This document shows, in pieces, positions 1 to 9,886 of a DNA stretch of 64,000 nucleotides (positions are counted from its first letter, which is position 1; the number at the start of each line of letters is the position of its first letter). The notes beneath the pieces are model-generated. The model saw only the letters and a program-made list of their open reading frames with translations, did not search any database and was not told where the DNA came from. Origin of the DNA: Phycisphaerales bacterium (GTDB lineage: Bacteria > Planctomycetota > Phycisphaerae > WQYP01); contig DAIDJN010000059.1 of the NCBI GenBank assembly GCA_027451365.1, forward strand, positions 1 through 64,000. Direction: 5' to 3'. Both the position numbers and the translations under genes were made by a program.

Positions 1-255
1 ATGTGTCCGCAGTGATCCACACTGCGGGCAGCAACCCGCTTCTTTTAAGGACGCTGAATCTGTCAGCCGAGCGTATTCCTCCAGCAGCGTTGGCATCAAC
101 GCGGCCTTGAATTCCTGCCCCAGCAACTCAAAATCCCGAAACGTGGTTCCCCGCAACCGCTGGCCCTCATCCGCAGGAATCATCCGTTCCAAGGCATCGC
201 GGAATGTCTTGGTTATCCTCTCCAACGCTTCCTGACGACTGGTCGCTGCTGACAT
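1..255 (-). CDS. 5' part of a probable ISKra4-family (UPF0236-like) transposase ORF, running off the window edge
   Basis: Not in the ORF track. ATG at 255 has an AAGGAGG RBS and reads MSAATSRQEALERITKTFRDALERMIPADEGQRLRGTTFRDFELLGQEFKAALMPTLLEEYARLTDSASLKEAGCCPQCGSLRTH with no stop. The helical FRDFE segment followed by CPxCG resembles the N-terminus of ISKra4-type transposases. Confidence 0.55.
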   Translation of the reverse strand, partial: MSAATSRQEALERITKTFRDALERMIPADEGQRLRGTTFRDFELLGQEFKAALMPTLLEEYARLTDSASLKEAGCCPQCGSLRTH

Positions 256-300
256 GTTTGTTCCTCCTTGAATAAAGTCACAACTGCCGAACCACATCCT
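1..300 (-). mobile_element. Left end of a putative insertion sequence (ISKra4-like)
   Basis: The minus strand reads GGATGTGGTTCGGCAGTTGTGAC from 300, 45 nt before the transposase-like start, and is a plausible terminal inverted repeat. The partner end is outside the window. Confidence 0.4.
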
Positions 301-608
301 GTGGATCAGTCTTCCCATATTTTACCAAGCGATACCCTGGACAGAAACTGTCACAGGCCCGTCGTCCAGAAGTAGAAATGTCGCCCTGACATCGATACTC
401 CGGTGGCGTGGCGGCCCGCAAGACTCGGACAGACGATTTGCCATCGCACCAAGCGGCCAACCAAAATGGCGCACAAAACTGCACTCTTTCCAGGTCATTC
501 TGGTGCGCTTGGATGCACACCCGGCGATCTTGAAAATGGGAATGCCGATAGCGAACAAATATCTATAAATGCAGGAGTCTGCACGACGGTTCATAATGGT
601 GTGTTGAA

Positions 609-680
609 AGCGGGCGATCGGAGTCGAACCGACAACAGCCAGCTTGGAAGGCTGGCGCTCTGCCATTGAGCTACGCCCGC
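609..680 (-). tRNA. tRNA-Gly(TCC)
   Basis: Reverse complement GCGGGCGTAGCTCAATGGCAGAGCGCCAGCCTTCCAAGCTGGCTGTTGTCGGTTCGACTCCGATCGCCCGCT gives a full cloverleaf with anticodon arm CCAGC-CTTCCAA-GCTGG and GTTCGA T-loop. CCA is not encoded. Confidence 0.97.
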
Positions 681-726
681 ATGGAGCGATCATATTAGCA
701 AACCCGGATGGTTTTTGCCATAACCC

Positions 727-1722
727 TTACGGAGTGGGCATTTTTGGCTGAATCACCAGCAGATGAATGCGGAAGGTCAGTGTGGCATTGGGGGGAATGA
801 CCGGCGGCATGCCATCGGCTCCATAGGCCAGATTCGCCGGGATCACCAACTGGCGTATGCCTCCTTGATGCATGGTGGCCACGCCAATATCCCAGCCGGG
901 AATCACCTGTTGTTGGCCTAGATCAAACTGAAACGGTGTGTGACCTGGCAGATGGGAGGAGTCAAAAATTTTCCCATTGGCCAGCCAGCCCGTATAGTTT
1001 ACCGTTACATTATCGCCCAATTGCGGCATAGGGCCTTTCCCAATTTGGACATCTTCAATAATCAGACCATCCGCAAGTTTTTTGGTATCCACAAATTTGC
1101 TGGAAGGTTTCAGCGTCAGTGGTTTGACTGGCGCGGTTGCCGGAGCTTTGGCCGCGGAACTGGGGCTGATGGTATCGGTCGGCACGGCTTGTATCCCGCC
1201 GGCATTCAAAAGATGCACGCGAAAAGTCAGCGTCGCATCCGGCGGAATGGTGGGGGGCATGCCATCGGCTCCATAGGCCTCTGCCGCAGGAATGACCAGT
1301 TGGCGAATGCCGCCTTGCCGCATGGTGGCCACGCCAATGTCCCAGCCGGAAATAACCTGGTGCTGGCCAAGATTAAACTGGAAAGGTGTGCGGCCGGGTA
1401 GATGGGATGAATCAAAAATGGTGCCATTTTTCAGCCAGCCGGTGTAATTGACCGTTACCTTGGCACCTTCTTTGGGCTTAGGGCCAGTGCCAAGCTTTAT
1501 ATCTTCCAGAATCATGCCATTGGCAAGCTTTTTGACATGCACAAAATGCGTGGCAGGTTTCAGAGTCGCGTTCGTTGCGGCCGGTTGAACGGCGGCCGGT
1601 TCCGAAGTATTTGTACCGGTGGCGGCATTCGCATCGCTATGGTGCTGGCAACCGGCCTGCATGAACAAAAACGCCGCAGTGGCCAGCAAATAAATGGTGG
1701 TCTTGCCCGGATGACTTTTCAT
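727..1722 (-). CDS. Lipoprotein FKBP-type peptidyl-prolyl isomerase with two tandem FKBP domains
   Basis: Two copies of VTVNYTGWL.NG.IFDSS...VI.GWDIGVATM.QGGIRQLVIPA..AYG..GMPP.IPP.ATLTF, and a signal peptide with lipobox-like QAGC. Start moved to MKSHPG (1722). Confidence 0.93.
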   Translation of the reverse strand: MKSHPGKTTIYLLATAAFLFMQAGCQHHSDANAATGTNTSEPAAVQPAATNATLKPATHFVHVKKLANGMILEDIKLGTGPKPKEGAKVTVNYTGWLKNGTIFDSSHLPGRTPFQFNLGQHQVISGWDIGVATMRQGGIRQLVIPAAEAYGADGMPPTIPPDATLTFRVHLLNAGGIQAVPTDTISPSSAAKAPATAPVKPLTLKPSSKFVDTKKLADGLIIEDVQIGKGPMPQLGDNVTVNYTGWLANGKIFDSSHLPGHTPFQFDLGQQQVIPGWDIGVATMHQGGIRQLVIPANLAYGADGMPPVIPPNATLTFRIHLLVIQPKMPTP

Positions 1723-1803
1723 GTTAGCTCCGAAAAAAAAGGTGTATAATTCAAAGTCGGCCCACACTTTTGAGCTGTGTCCGCTAAAACCAGATGCATA
1801 CCA

Positions 1804-2931
1804 TCAGCCGGGGTTGGGCCAGTCACTGTTTAGAAACCGGCCGGCTTCCAGAATGGTTTTGCCATCCACTTCTATACGGCGGCCCGGCTCACGCAGATCG
1901 CAGACCATATCCCAATGCAGGCCACTTTCGTTTATGCCGCCTGTTTCCGGATAGGCCGCACCAAGCGCGGCGTGGCAGGTTCCACCAATTTTTTCATCAA
2001 AGAGTGTATTTTTTGTATATTGGGTAATGGAAAAATTTGTACCAATGGCAATTTCACCCAGTGTTTTAGCTCCGGCGTCCTGTGCCAGCATCGCGTGCAG
2101 GAAGTCTTCTCCCTTACCGGCGCGGGCATCCGTCACTTTCCCGTCCTTGAACGTCAACACAATGTCATGGCATTCATGGCCATGGTGAACGGCCGGGAAT
2201 GAATAGCGAATGGTTCCATTGACCGCATCTTCGATCGGGCCGGTAAATACTTCGCCATCCGGAAAATTTTCATGGCCGCAACAGTTGATCCACGTACGGC
2301 CCTTCACCCCCAGGCGAAGGTCCGTATCTTTGCCGATAATGCGTACTTCACTGGTTTTGTTCAGGTAATCCACCAGACGCTGCTGCTTTTCGCTGATGGC
2401 TTTCCACGCCGCCACCGGGTCAGGAAGGTGCAGCAATCCGGCCCGGAAAACAAAATCCTCATATTCATGCAAGGACATTTCCGCATCCTGGGCGCTGGCC
2501 TGCGTGGGATATTGAGTGCCAACCCATTTGAGTTTGCCTTCCGCCGCGCGCTCCAGAAAACGTTTGGAAATGCCCCGGCGAGCCTGGGCCGCGGCGGCCT
2601 GCTTTTTGGGGTCCACATTCGTCATGCTTTTCGTGTTTTCTTCGGCCCAAAGCCCTATGGACACATCCATGTTTTCCACAATAAATTTGCTGATCGGGGA
2701 AACGAATTCAAGTTGCGGCTTTTGTGCCAGGCGGTAAAACGCTTCGTCCATTGCGTCGGAAGTCATGCTGATAAAACAATGGCCGCCTGCGCGCAGAACC
2801 TGCTCGTAAATAGCTTCGATGAGCGGTAGACCAACGGTTTCCCCGGAAATTCGGCAAAGCTCACCGGGTTTAACGGCGGCGGAATATCCAACGAGCACAG
2901 AGGCCAGACGATCGAGTCTTTGGTCACGCAT
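1804..2931 (-). CDS. M29-family (AmpS/AmpT-type) aminopeptidase
   Basis: Motifs NFPDGEVFTGP, LGEIAIG, LFDEKIGGTCHAALG.AY and SGLHWDMV. Confidence 0.93.
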   Translation of the reverse strand: MRDQRLDRLASVLVGYSAAVKPGELCRISGETVGLPLIEAIYEQVLRAGGHCFISMTSDAMDEAFYRLAQKPQLEFVSPISKFIVENMDVSIGLWAEENTKSMTNVDPKKQAAAAQARRGISKRFLERAAEGKLKWVGTQYPTQASAQDAEMSLHEYEDFVFRAGLLHLPDPVAAWKAISEKQQRLVDYLNKTSEVRIIGKDTDLRLGVKGRTWINCCGHENFPDGEVFTGPIEDAVNGTIRYSFPAVHHGHECHDIVLTFKDGKVTDARAGKGEDFLHAMLAQDAGAKTLGEIAIGTNFSITQYTKNTLFDEKIGGTCHAALGAAYPETGGINESGLHWDMVCDLREPGRRIEVDGKTILEAGRFLNSDWPNPG

Positions 2932-3155
2932 GAAGCTGAGTTCCTTTCACGGTTGCAGATACCTGATTCCTGCCGCGTTCATATTATGGCAACAGGCGCA
3001 AGTCGCCAAGGGTGGCGAAAAGACAAATGAACCCTTCCGATAGCCCATGGCTAAATGGTTTGCGCCGCGCGTAACAGAGGGTATGGCTGCCGCACCGCTG
3101 CCGGCCTGCCAGCTTTTTTCAGATTGTGCCGGTTTTCCTTCCCGAGCGACGACCG

Positions 3156-4052
3156 CTAGCGGGAAATCCATGCGCGCAAGGCGATCCAGGATTTACTCAT
3201 GGAATTCAGCCTTACGCGGCCATTCAGCACACGCAGCGGATCATGTGAAATTTTGCTCAAAATACCGGAATAAATTGCTGTCATGGCCCACAACGAACTG
3301 CGACTGTCGGCGGAAATGCACGATTCCAGACCGTCGCTGCTGGCAAAAAAATCCTTGGCCCGCTGGATTTCAAAACGCAGCAAGGCCTCCATGCCCGCAC
3401 GACTGGACTCAGAAAGAAGTTCGCCCGGATCAATTGAAAACCGGCGCATATCTTCCAGTGGTAAGTAATAACGGCCGCGCGCGGCATCTTCGCGCACATC
3501 GCGTAATATGTTGGTCAGTTGAAATGCGATTCCCCGATCCACTGCCATGGCGCGCGTTTGTTCACCGCCCGTAAACCCCCAGATTTGAATGCTTGCCAGG
3601 CCCACCACGCTGGCCACGCGATAGCAATATTCGCGTAACTGGGCAAAGGTTTGCGGTTGAGTGAACAGAATATCCCCTACCTGGCCATCAATCATGTCGT
3701 CCAGCAGATCAATTTTCAAACCGAAAGATTCCACACAGTGAATAAACGCGTGCCAGCCCGGCCAAGAATCATTTAAAGGTACGCGCCGCTCCTTCGCACC
3801 TTCGTGTGTGTTGCGGCGGAACGCTTCCAATACAGCGATTCGGCTGGCCGGTGACTGGTCCGCCGAATCATCCGCCAGATCATCCGCCAGGCGCATCCAT
3901 GCATAAAGCGCAAACATTCCCCGGCGCTTTGCCGGAGGCAGCAGTTTAAGCCCATAATAAAAATTGCGGGCCTGTACGCGCGTCACTTCTTCACAAAAGG
4001 CCTGCGATCTTGCCAGATTCGGGTCCGTTGAAGGGCTTATGACCGATGTCAT
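3156..4052 (-). CDS. hpnD: Presqualene diphosphate synthase (squalene/phytoene synthase family)
   Basis: NFYYGLKLLP, ADDLADD, YCYRVASVVG and FQLTNILRDVRED motifs; ATGA overlap with hpnC. Confidence 0.85.
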   Translation of the reverse strand: MTSVISPSTDPNLARSQAFCEEVTRVQARNFYYGLKLLPPAKRRGMFALYAWMRLADDLADDSADQSPASRIAVLEAFRRNTHEGAKERRVPLNDSWPGWHAFIHCVESFGLKIDLLDDMIDGQVGDILFTQPQTFAQLREYCYRVASVVGLASIQIWGFTGGEQTRAMAVDRGIAFQLTNILRDVREDAARGRYYLPLEDMRRFSIDPGELLSESSRAGMEALLRFEIQRAKDFFASSDGLESCISADSRSSLWAMTAIYSGILSKISHDPLRVLNGRVRLNSMSKSWIALRAWISR

Positions 4053-4999
4053 TTCCGTCCTCCGGGCATCACGGTTTTGATCGCCATTGCCATTACCGCC
4101 CGCCCCATTAGTCCGAGCTTTTGTGTTTGGGAAAGTCTCGGACGGGTCGTAAGTGTGTCGTAATTTAATCGCCGAATCGACTCGAGTATCGCCAAGCCGC
4201 CCCGGCTGAACAACGATATCTGTGTCCGCATGGAAGCACGAATCAGCGGCAGCAGCGGGCGCCCCTGCCTGAACATGTCCGCTGCGCGATCCACTTCAAA
4301 ATGAAGAAGATTGCGGTAATTCTGATCGCAGCGGCCCGCGATTATCTGTTCTTGCGTAACCCCGAAGCGTGCCATCGATTCGGCTGGAATATAAATGCGA
4401 TTGCGGCGCAGAATATCGGACCGCACATCCTGCCAGAAATTGGCAAGCTGCAGGGCGGAACAGATTTTGTCAGAATAGCTTTGTCTTTCCGGATCACTGT
4501 AACCCCCCAGATACAGCACCAGACGCCCGACCGGATCCGCGCTGCGGCGGCAGTAATCCAGGACTTGATCAAATGTTTCATATCGCTGGACGCGCTGATC
4601 TTGCACAAAGGCGTCAATTAAATCCAAAAAGGGTTGAATTGGAATTTTGTGCCTGTCAATCGTCCCGCGCAACGCGGTAAATATTGCCGTTCGCGTATCG
4701 CCGGCATAACAGGCCACTGTTTGGCTGCGAAAATCATCCAGATATTTCAGTGCGGTCGTCCGGTCCGCCACTTCGTCGCCCAGGTCGTCCGCGGTGCGGC
4801 AAAATGCGTAAATATTACAAAAATCCTGCCGCAGGGCTTTGGGAACCAGCCACGAGACAACCGTGAAATTTTCGTAATGTTCGTGGGCCAGTTTCCAGGT
4901 GTATCGCGCCGCGGCGACCGTATCCGTCATCGGTGCCATGGCCATTGCAACCGTCGGCGGCGGGCCTGCGGGTGTTTGGGTAAGAATATTGGGGTCCAT
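4049..4999 (-). CDS. hpnC: Hydroxysqualene synthase HpnC
   Basis: HYENFTVVS, ADDLGDE, YCRRSADPVGRLVL and LQLANFWQDV are HpnC-type motifs. Confidence 0.9.
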   Translation of the reverse strand: MDPNILTQTPAGPPPTVAMAMAPMTDTVAAARYTWKLAHEHYENFTVVSWLVPKALRQDFCNIYAFCRTADDLGDEVADRTTALKYLDDFRSQTVACYAGDTRTAIFTALRGTIDRHKIPIQPFLDLIDAFVQDQRVQRYETFDQVLDYCRRSADPVGRLVLYLGGYSDPERQSYSDKICSALQLANFWQDVRSDILRRNRIYIPAESMARFGVTQEQIIAGRCDQNYRNLLHFEVDRAADMFRQGRPLLPLIRASMRTQISLFSRGGLAILESIRRLNYDTLTTRPRLSQTQKLGLMGRAVMAMAIKTVMPGGRK

Positions 5000-5255
5000 T
5001 CAGTTGCTCGGTACGCGATTCCTGTCTGCCATGAAAACCAGACCAAATACCCGGTCTAAGGGCTTGGTCAGCCGCCACCAGATCGGGTAAGATAATGGAG
5101 GCAGGGCTTCTTATTGTCCCGAATTCCGGCTGGCTTGCAAATAGGGCTGGCGGAATGAACGGGGTATAATCAGCCACTGCGGATGATCTCGCCGGTGGAT
5201 CGGCCGTTTAACGCGACTGTCGGCGGGTCAGGACACCTTTTTCGGAGAAAACAAA

Positions 5256-6206
5256 ATGAAGATTCTACTGGCCAATCCGCGTGGCTTCTGTGCAGGCGTC
5301 AATATGGCCATCGAATGTGTGGATCGTGTACTGGAGCTAAAGGGGGCACCGGTTTATGTGTACCATGAAATTGTTCATAACCGGCATGTAGTGGAAAGGT
5401 TCACCCGCCAGGGTGTCGTGTTTGTGGATTCCGTCGATGAGGTTCCCAACGGCGGCACTGTGGTCTATTCCGCGCATGGTGTGTCGCCCGAAGTACGCGC
5501 CAGGTCCAATGCCCGTGGGCTGGTTCAAGTGGATGCAACTTGTCCGCTCGTAACAAAAGTCCATAACGAAGCCATTCGCTATGCTCGTCAAAAATTCACG
5601 ATTGTTCTCATCGGACACGCCGACCACGATGAGGTCGTGGGTACTCTGGGCGAAGCCCCTGCCGCCATCAGCATAGTGGAATGCGTTGCCGACGTTGAAA
5701 AATTAAGCATCCCCGATGACCACCGGGTGGCCTATCTCACACAGACTACTCTTAGTCTGGATGATGCCGCCAAAATAATTGCCGCCCTGAAGGCGAAATT
5801 CCCGCGGATTCAGGCTCCCCCTAAAGAAGACATCTGCTACGCCACCACCAACCGGCAGACCGCGGTGCAGAAACTTGCACCCGAATGCGATTTGGTTCTG
5901 GTTGTAGGCAGCCAGAACAGTTCCAATTCAAAACGACTGGTGGAAATGTCCGTGAATCGCGGCACCCGGGCTTATCTGGTGGATGATGTCTCGCATCTCG
6001 ATTACTCCTGGTTTGAAAATGTCGGTACGGTACTGCTGACCGCTGGCGCGTCGGCTCCGGAAGACCTCGTCCAGGAAATCGTCAATCTCCTTAAGGCGCG
6101 TTACGGTGCCACGGTTGAATCCCGCCATGTTACTGATGAAGACATGCACTTCGAATTGCCCGTATCGCTACGCCGTCTGGAAAAACAGCATGCTCAAACG
6201 GTGTAG
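5256..6206 (+). CDS. ispH: 4-hydroxy-3-methylbut-2-enyl diphosphate reductase
   Basis: PRGFCAGV, EIVHN, SAHG, DATCPLV, DICYATTNRQ, SSNS and TAGASAPE motifs; GGAG RBS. Confidence 0.98.
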   Translation: MKILLANPRGFCAGVNMAIECVDRVLELKGAPVYVYHEIVHNRHVVERFTRQGVVFVDSVDEVPNGGTVVYSAHGVSPEVRARSNARGLVQVDATCPLVTKVHNEAIRYARQKFTIVLIGHADHDEVVGTLGEAPAAISIVECVADVEKLSIPDDHRVAYLTQTTLSLDDAAKIIAALKAKFPRIQAPPKEDICYATTNRQTAVQKLAPECDLVLVVGSQNSSNSKRLVEMSVNRGTRAYLVDDVSHLDYSWFENVGTVLLTAGASAPEDLVQEIVNLLKARYGATVESRHVTDEDMHFELPVSLRRLEKQHAQTV

Positions 6207-6474
6207 ATGCACGCTTTCCGGCGATTGCTCAGGTGGTACCACTTGCGAAAGTACGGTACCACCCGGCGAAAATTGGACTTCACCCACGGACCACCGCTGG
6301 CCGATAATACATGGCACGACTGTTCGTTGTTTTCCCTCGGTGAATCGTGGGCATAATCGCACAGTCCGTTGCGGTAAAGCCGTTTTCGGTAACGGTTACC
6401 TGCTGTGGCACAGATTTATGCGTGTGGCGGAAAATGCTTAGTTTATCGCCGCGCGCCAATCAGGCGGTTAATAC

Positions 6475-8811
6475 ATGAATTTCCTTCGCCGATTTAAAGC
6501 ACTTGTCTACATTCTGGTGCTTCTTAGCTTGGTTGGATTTACTTACGCTTCTGCGAATTACGGCTTGATGGCCATGGCCGTCGCCGCGGTGGGCATAAGC
6601 TGGTGGCTTGTGGAAAAGGGAGCCGCTCCGCCCGTCCCCCGATGGATCATCAATCTATCCGTCTTAACGATCGCGGTGATGTTGTTTTGGGAACTGGTTA
6701 TTTATCGCCAGCCCAATCTGCTTTTGGGGCTGGGCCATTTTATTTTCGGCCTGGTCATCTGCAAACTTTTTGAAACCAAGACCAACCGGGACTATGGCCA
6801 GATCATGATTCTAAGTCTCCTGCTGGTGCTGTCCGGCGCGATTCTCAGTACATCGCCGGTTTTCGCCATGGTGTTGCTGCTTTATCTTGCCGCGGGACTT
6901 TACGTAAGTCTGATTTTTCATTTGCAGTGCGAAACTCAGCGGGCCATGGCCCGGCACGCGGGCGCAGACCTGATGATGACCGCGGCCGGACAGCAGAACG
7001 TGATTGCTCGAGATCTGCGCCGGTTAAGTGTGGGTATCGGCCTGTTTCTGTTTCTATTTGCCTGCCTTGTGTTTGTTCTGTTTCCGCGTTCCAGCGTCAA
7101 TCAACTCTTTGCCAACTGGCAACTCAATGGCGGTCCGGTGAAAACTGGATTTTCGCGGCACGTTACGATGGGCCAACTCGGAACGCTGCAACAGAGCAAT
7201 GCCCGCGTAGCCGAAGTTGCGATTACAAAAAATGGCAAAAATATCGGAAGTGAAGGGTATCAGCCATATTTTATTGGAGGAACCTTGAATGTATATGATG
7301 GGGCCACTCATGAATGGATTCGGTCGTACAATTCTATGCGTTCTAATCAGCGCGTTCACCTGATGGGCGGCGTGCCCGTGAACCTGGTTTCACCATCGCT
7401 TTACAATACGCAAGACGTAATTACCGAGAATTTCACCTTTGATCATCCCCAGGCCAATACGCTTTTCGCCATCGGACCAGCGGTGAAATTGTCCGGCAGG
7501 GGCCTCGGGCGGGTGCTTCGGTTGAGCGACGGGTCTATGATCTGCTCGCCAGTTCATTCCGGAGCAATCACCTATTCCGTAGCCACAGCGTTGAAATACA
7601 ACCCGAAAATTATTGGTCCGCAGCGGCCCTCGCTTTTTCCCTCCGCCATGCGGTATCAGCCTTTTGATCTAAACTCCATGTCGCGCATTCATTCTGCGCC
7701 AATTCCGCAGCGGATCATCACCTTGGCCAGAAAGGTGGCCGGGCCACTGTTAAAACTTAAACGCACGCCCGCAACCGAAGCCCGCGTGGATACGCTTCTG
7801 GCGGATCGTTTCTGTACCTGGCTTCGCGCCAATTACCCCTATTCCTTTGATATGACCCCCGTCGATTCAAACATGGACCCTACCGAAGACTTTCTCTTCA
7901 ATAAACGGAAAATTGGCGGCTATTGCGAATTTTTCGCCTCTGCCATGGTCATGTTCTGTCGCAGTATGCACATTCCGGCCCGCATGGCGACCGGCTATCA
8001 TGGCGGCGACTATAACCCGATTGCCGGTTATTACATTATCCGCCAGAAATTCGCCCACGCCTGGGTCCAGGTATTTATCCCGGGAAAAGGATGGTTAAAT
8101 TATGATCCGTCGCCCGCGTCTTCCCTGACCAGCATTCAGCAGAAGCTGACCTGGTTCACGGAAATCGCTGATTTTTTTCAATGGGTCCGCCTCCAGTGGC
8201 TCCAAAGCATTATCGCATTCAATGAATCCATGCGCCGCAATATTATTTTAAAAATTGAAATGCTCGGCAAAGCTGTCGGTCATACCGTTATGCAGTCGAT
8301 CCATCACCTTGAATTAATGATGCGAGTTCTTTTTACAGATCGGCATATTGGCGCAAGCGAACGGATTCTGTTTCTTATCGGCACACTGGGCGCGGTCGCC
8401 CTGGGATTGTTTTTTCTGCACCTGTGGCGCAAACAGCGACGAAGCCTGGTGGTGCAGATGGTCAAGGGAATGGAGCGCAGAATGCAGCGCCAATTAACGC
8501 GGGATCTCGCGTTTTTCGACCGGCTTGTGGAAATTCTTGAAAGAATTGGCATCCAGCGCACCGATACCCAGACTCCCAGAGAATTCGTCTGCGCCGCAGC
8601 TGTCGCCGCTGGCAGCGAACTGCCCGAGGCTGACGAACTGGTTCGGATTTTTTACGATATTCGTTATGGCGGTCAGGATGTTTCTATTTCTGTAAGCACC
8701 CGTATTCGCGAGGCAATCGCGACACTCGACCGGCGCGTCCGGGGAATCAAGCCAATCATCCCCGTCTCGTCCGATCCACCAGTCGTTCCACCAAACCCTC
8801 ACAGGACATAA
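6475..8811 (+). CDS. TgpA-like membrane transglutaminase-domain protein (DUF3488 + transglutaminase + DUF4129-like tail)
   Basis: Multi-TM N-terminus with FVLFPR; catalytic GYCEFFASAM, HAWVQV and YDPSP; C-terminal TPREF...FYDIRYGG. Confidence 0.9.
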   Translation: MNFLRRFKALVYILVLLSLVGFTYASANYGLMAMAVAAVGISWWLVEKGAAPPVPRWIINLSVLTIAVMLFWELVIYRQPNLLLGLGHFIFGLVICKLFETKTNRDYGQIMILSLLLVLSGAILSTSPVFAMVLLLYLAAGLYVSLIFHLQCETQRAMARHAGADLMMTAAGQQNVIARDLRRLSVGIGLFLFLFACLVFVLFPRSSVNQLFANWQLNGGPVKTGFSRHVTMGQLGTLQQSNARVAEVAITKNGKNIGSEGYQPYFIGGTLNVYDGATHEWIRSYNSMRSNQRVHLMGGVPVNLVSPSLYNTQDVITENFTFDHPQANTLFAIGPAVKLSGRGLGRVLRLSDGSMICSPVHSGAITYSVATALKYNPKIIGPQRPSLFPSAMRYQPFDLNSMSRIHSAPIPQRIITLARKVAGPLLKLKRTPATEARVDTLLADRFCTWLRANYPYSFDMTPVDSNMDPTEDFLFNKRKIGGYCEFFASAMVMFCRSMHIPARMATGYHGGDYNPIAGYYIIRQKFAHAWVQVFIPGKGWLNYDPSPASSLTSIQQKLTWFTEIADFFQWVRLQWLQSIIAFNESMRRNIILKIEMLGKAVGHTVMQSIHHLELMMRVLFTDRHIGASERILFLIGTLGAVALGLFFLHLWRKQRRSLVVQMVKGMERRMQRQLTRDLAFFDRLVEILERIGIQRTDTQTPREFVCAAAVAAGSELPEADELVRIFYDIRYGGQDVSISVSTRIREAIATLDRRVRGIKPIIPVSSDPPVVPPNPHRT

Positions 8812-8830
8812 TGCACAACCCGCCTGAAGC

Positions 8831-9739
8831 TTAACCGCGACCGGCGTCGCATTCTTTGAGCACCGCGGCAATCGCGGCCGCGACGCCGCTTTCCGATTGC
8901 TTAAGCGTGGTTCGTTTTGCGGCGGCTTTTACTTCCGCCGCGGCATTGTCCATGGCGAAGCTTAGCGCTGCGCCGCGCAGCATCGACATATCGTTGACAT
9001 CATCCCCAATGGTCACCACACTTTCGGGGGCAATACCCATGCGCTGGCACAGACATTTCACACCGGTCCATTTATTTACGTCCGCGGCGAATACTTCAAT
9101 GACATGGCAATCAAAAAGGGGTGCCCGCAAGGCTAGAAAACTGGCGCGTTCCGCAAATTTGGCATCTAATTCCTGAACGATGCGCGGGCTTTGGGGAAGA
9201 TTCACCACAATGCCAGCGCGTAATATGACGCCCGTCTGGCAGGCTTCTTTTTCATTAAGCAATGTGGCCTGCATTTTGTTTCGCAACAGCCATTCTTCGG
9301 TTGCCGCATGAATGGGACCGTGGCTGGTGATCACATAATGAATATTACCCGGCGCAGGTGTATCCACCAGCAGCAGCACGGCGTGCCCGAATTGGGCGAA
9401 AAAATCCACCAGTTCAGCCACCAGTTCCGGTGCCAGTCCGCGGGCCACACGCGTATGACCATCCGCAAGGCTGCTGATGGCAGCGCCCGTTACAAACACG
9501 CCTTCGCCGGTCAGTTCCAGCGGCGCGATAATATCCAGACTTTCGCGTGTACTCCGGCCGGTGCATACTGTCACCTCCAGGCCCATTCGTCGGGCTTCCG
9601 CTATCGCCTGTTGATCCTCCGTCGAAATCTTGTGGGCGCGGGATATCAGCGTTCCGTCCAGATCGCATACAATCATGCGCCACGGACCAGTCGCTTTGTT
9701 TCTTCGTAACCGCACGCTGTCCAACAGTTGATCTTCCAT
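8831..9739 (-). CDS. Cof-type HAD-IIB family hydrolase
   Basis: DLDGTL, CTGR, NKW and IGDDVNDMSM motifs. Confidence 0.92.
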   Translation of the reverse strand: MEDQLLDSVRLRRNKATGPWRMIVCDLDGTLISRAHKISTEDQQAIAEARRMGLEVTVCTGRSTRESLDIIAPLELTGEGVFVTGAAISSLADGHTRVARGLAPELVAELVDFFAQFGHAVLLLVDTPAPGNIHYVITSHGPIHAATEEWLLRNKMQATLLNEKEACQTGVILRAGIVVNLPQSPRIVQELDAKFAERASFLALRAPLFDCHVIEVFAADVNKWTGVKCLCQRMGIAPESVVTIGDDVNDMSMLRGAALSFAMDNAAAEVKAAAKRTTLKQSESGVAAAIAAVLKECDAGRG

Positions 9740-9886
9740 CTTCGAAAGTTTATGCCAGCGCAGCCGGTTGCGTCAAAGGTGCCAACCCCTCCGTGGTTTA
9801 ATTTCATCGGATAATGCGTATCATGCAGCCATATACGGTCTGGCAATCACGTTGTTCGTCGGCCGGTGGTATTTAGGAGTTTATTC

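Noticed and set aside
278..693. ORFs 278-520, 322-693 and 403-669
   Set aside because: They overlap the tRNA or the IS end and show no protein-like features.
770..1540. Repeated DNA in the FKBP gene as a mobile or CRISPR-like repeat
   Set aside because: It is explained by the tandem FKBP domains and is diverged at synonymous sites.
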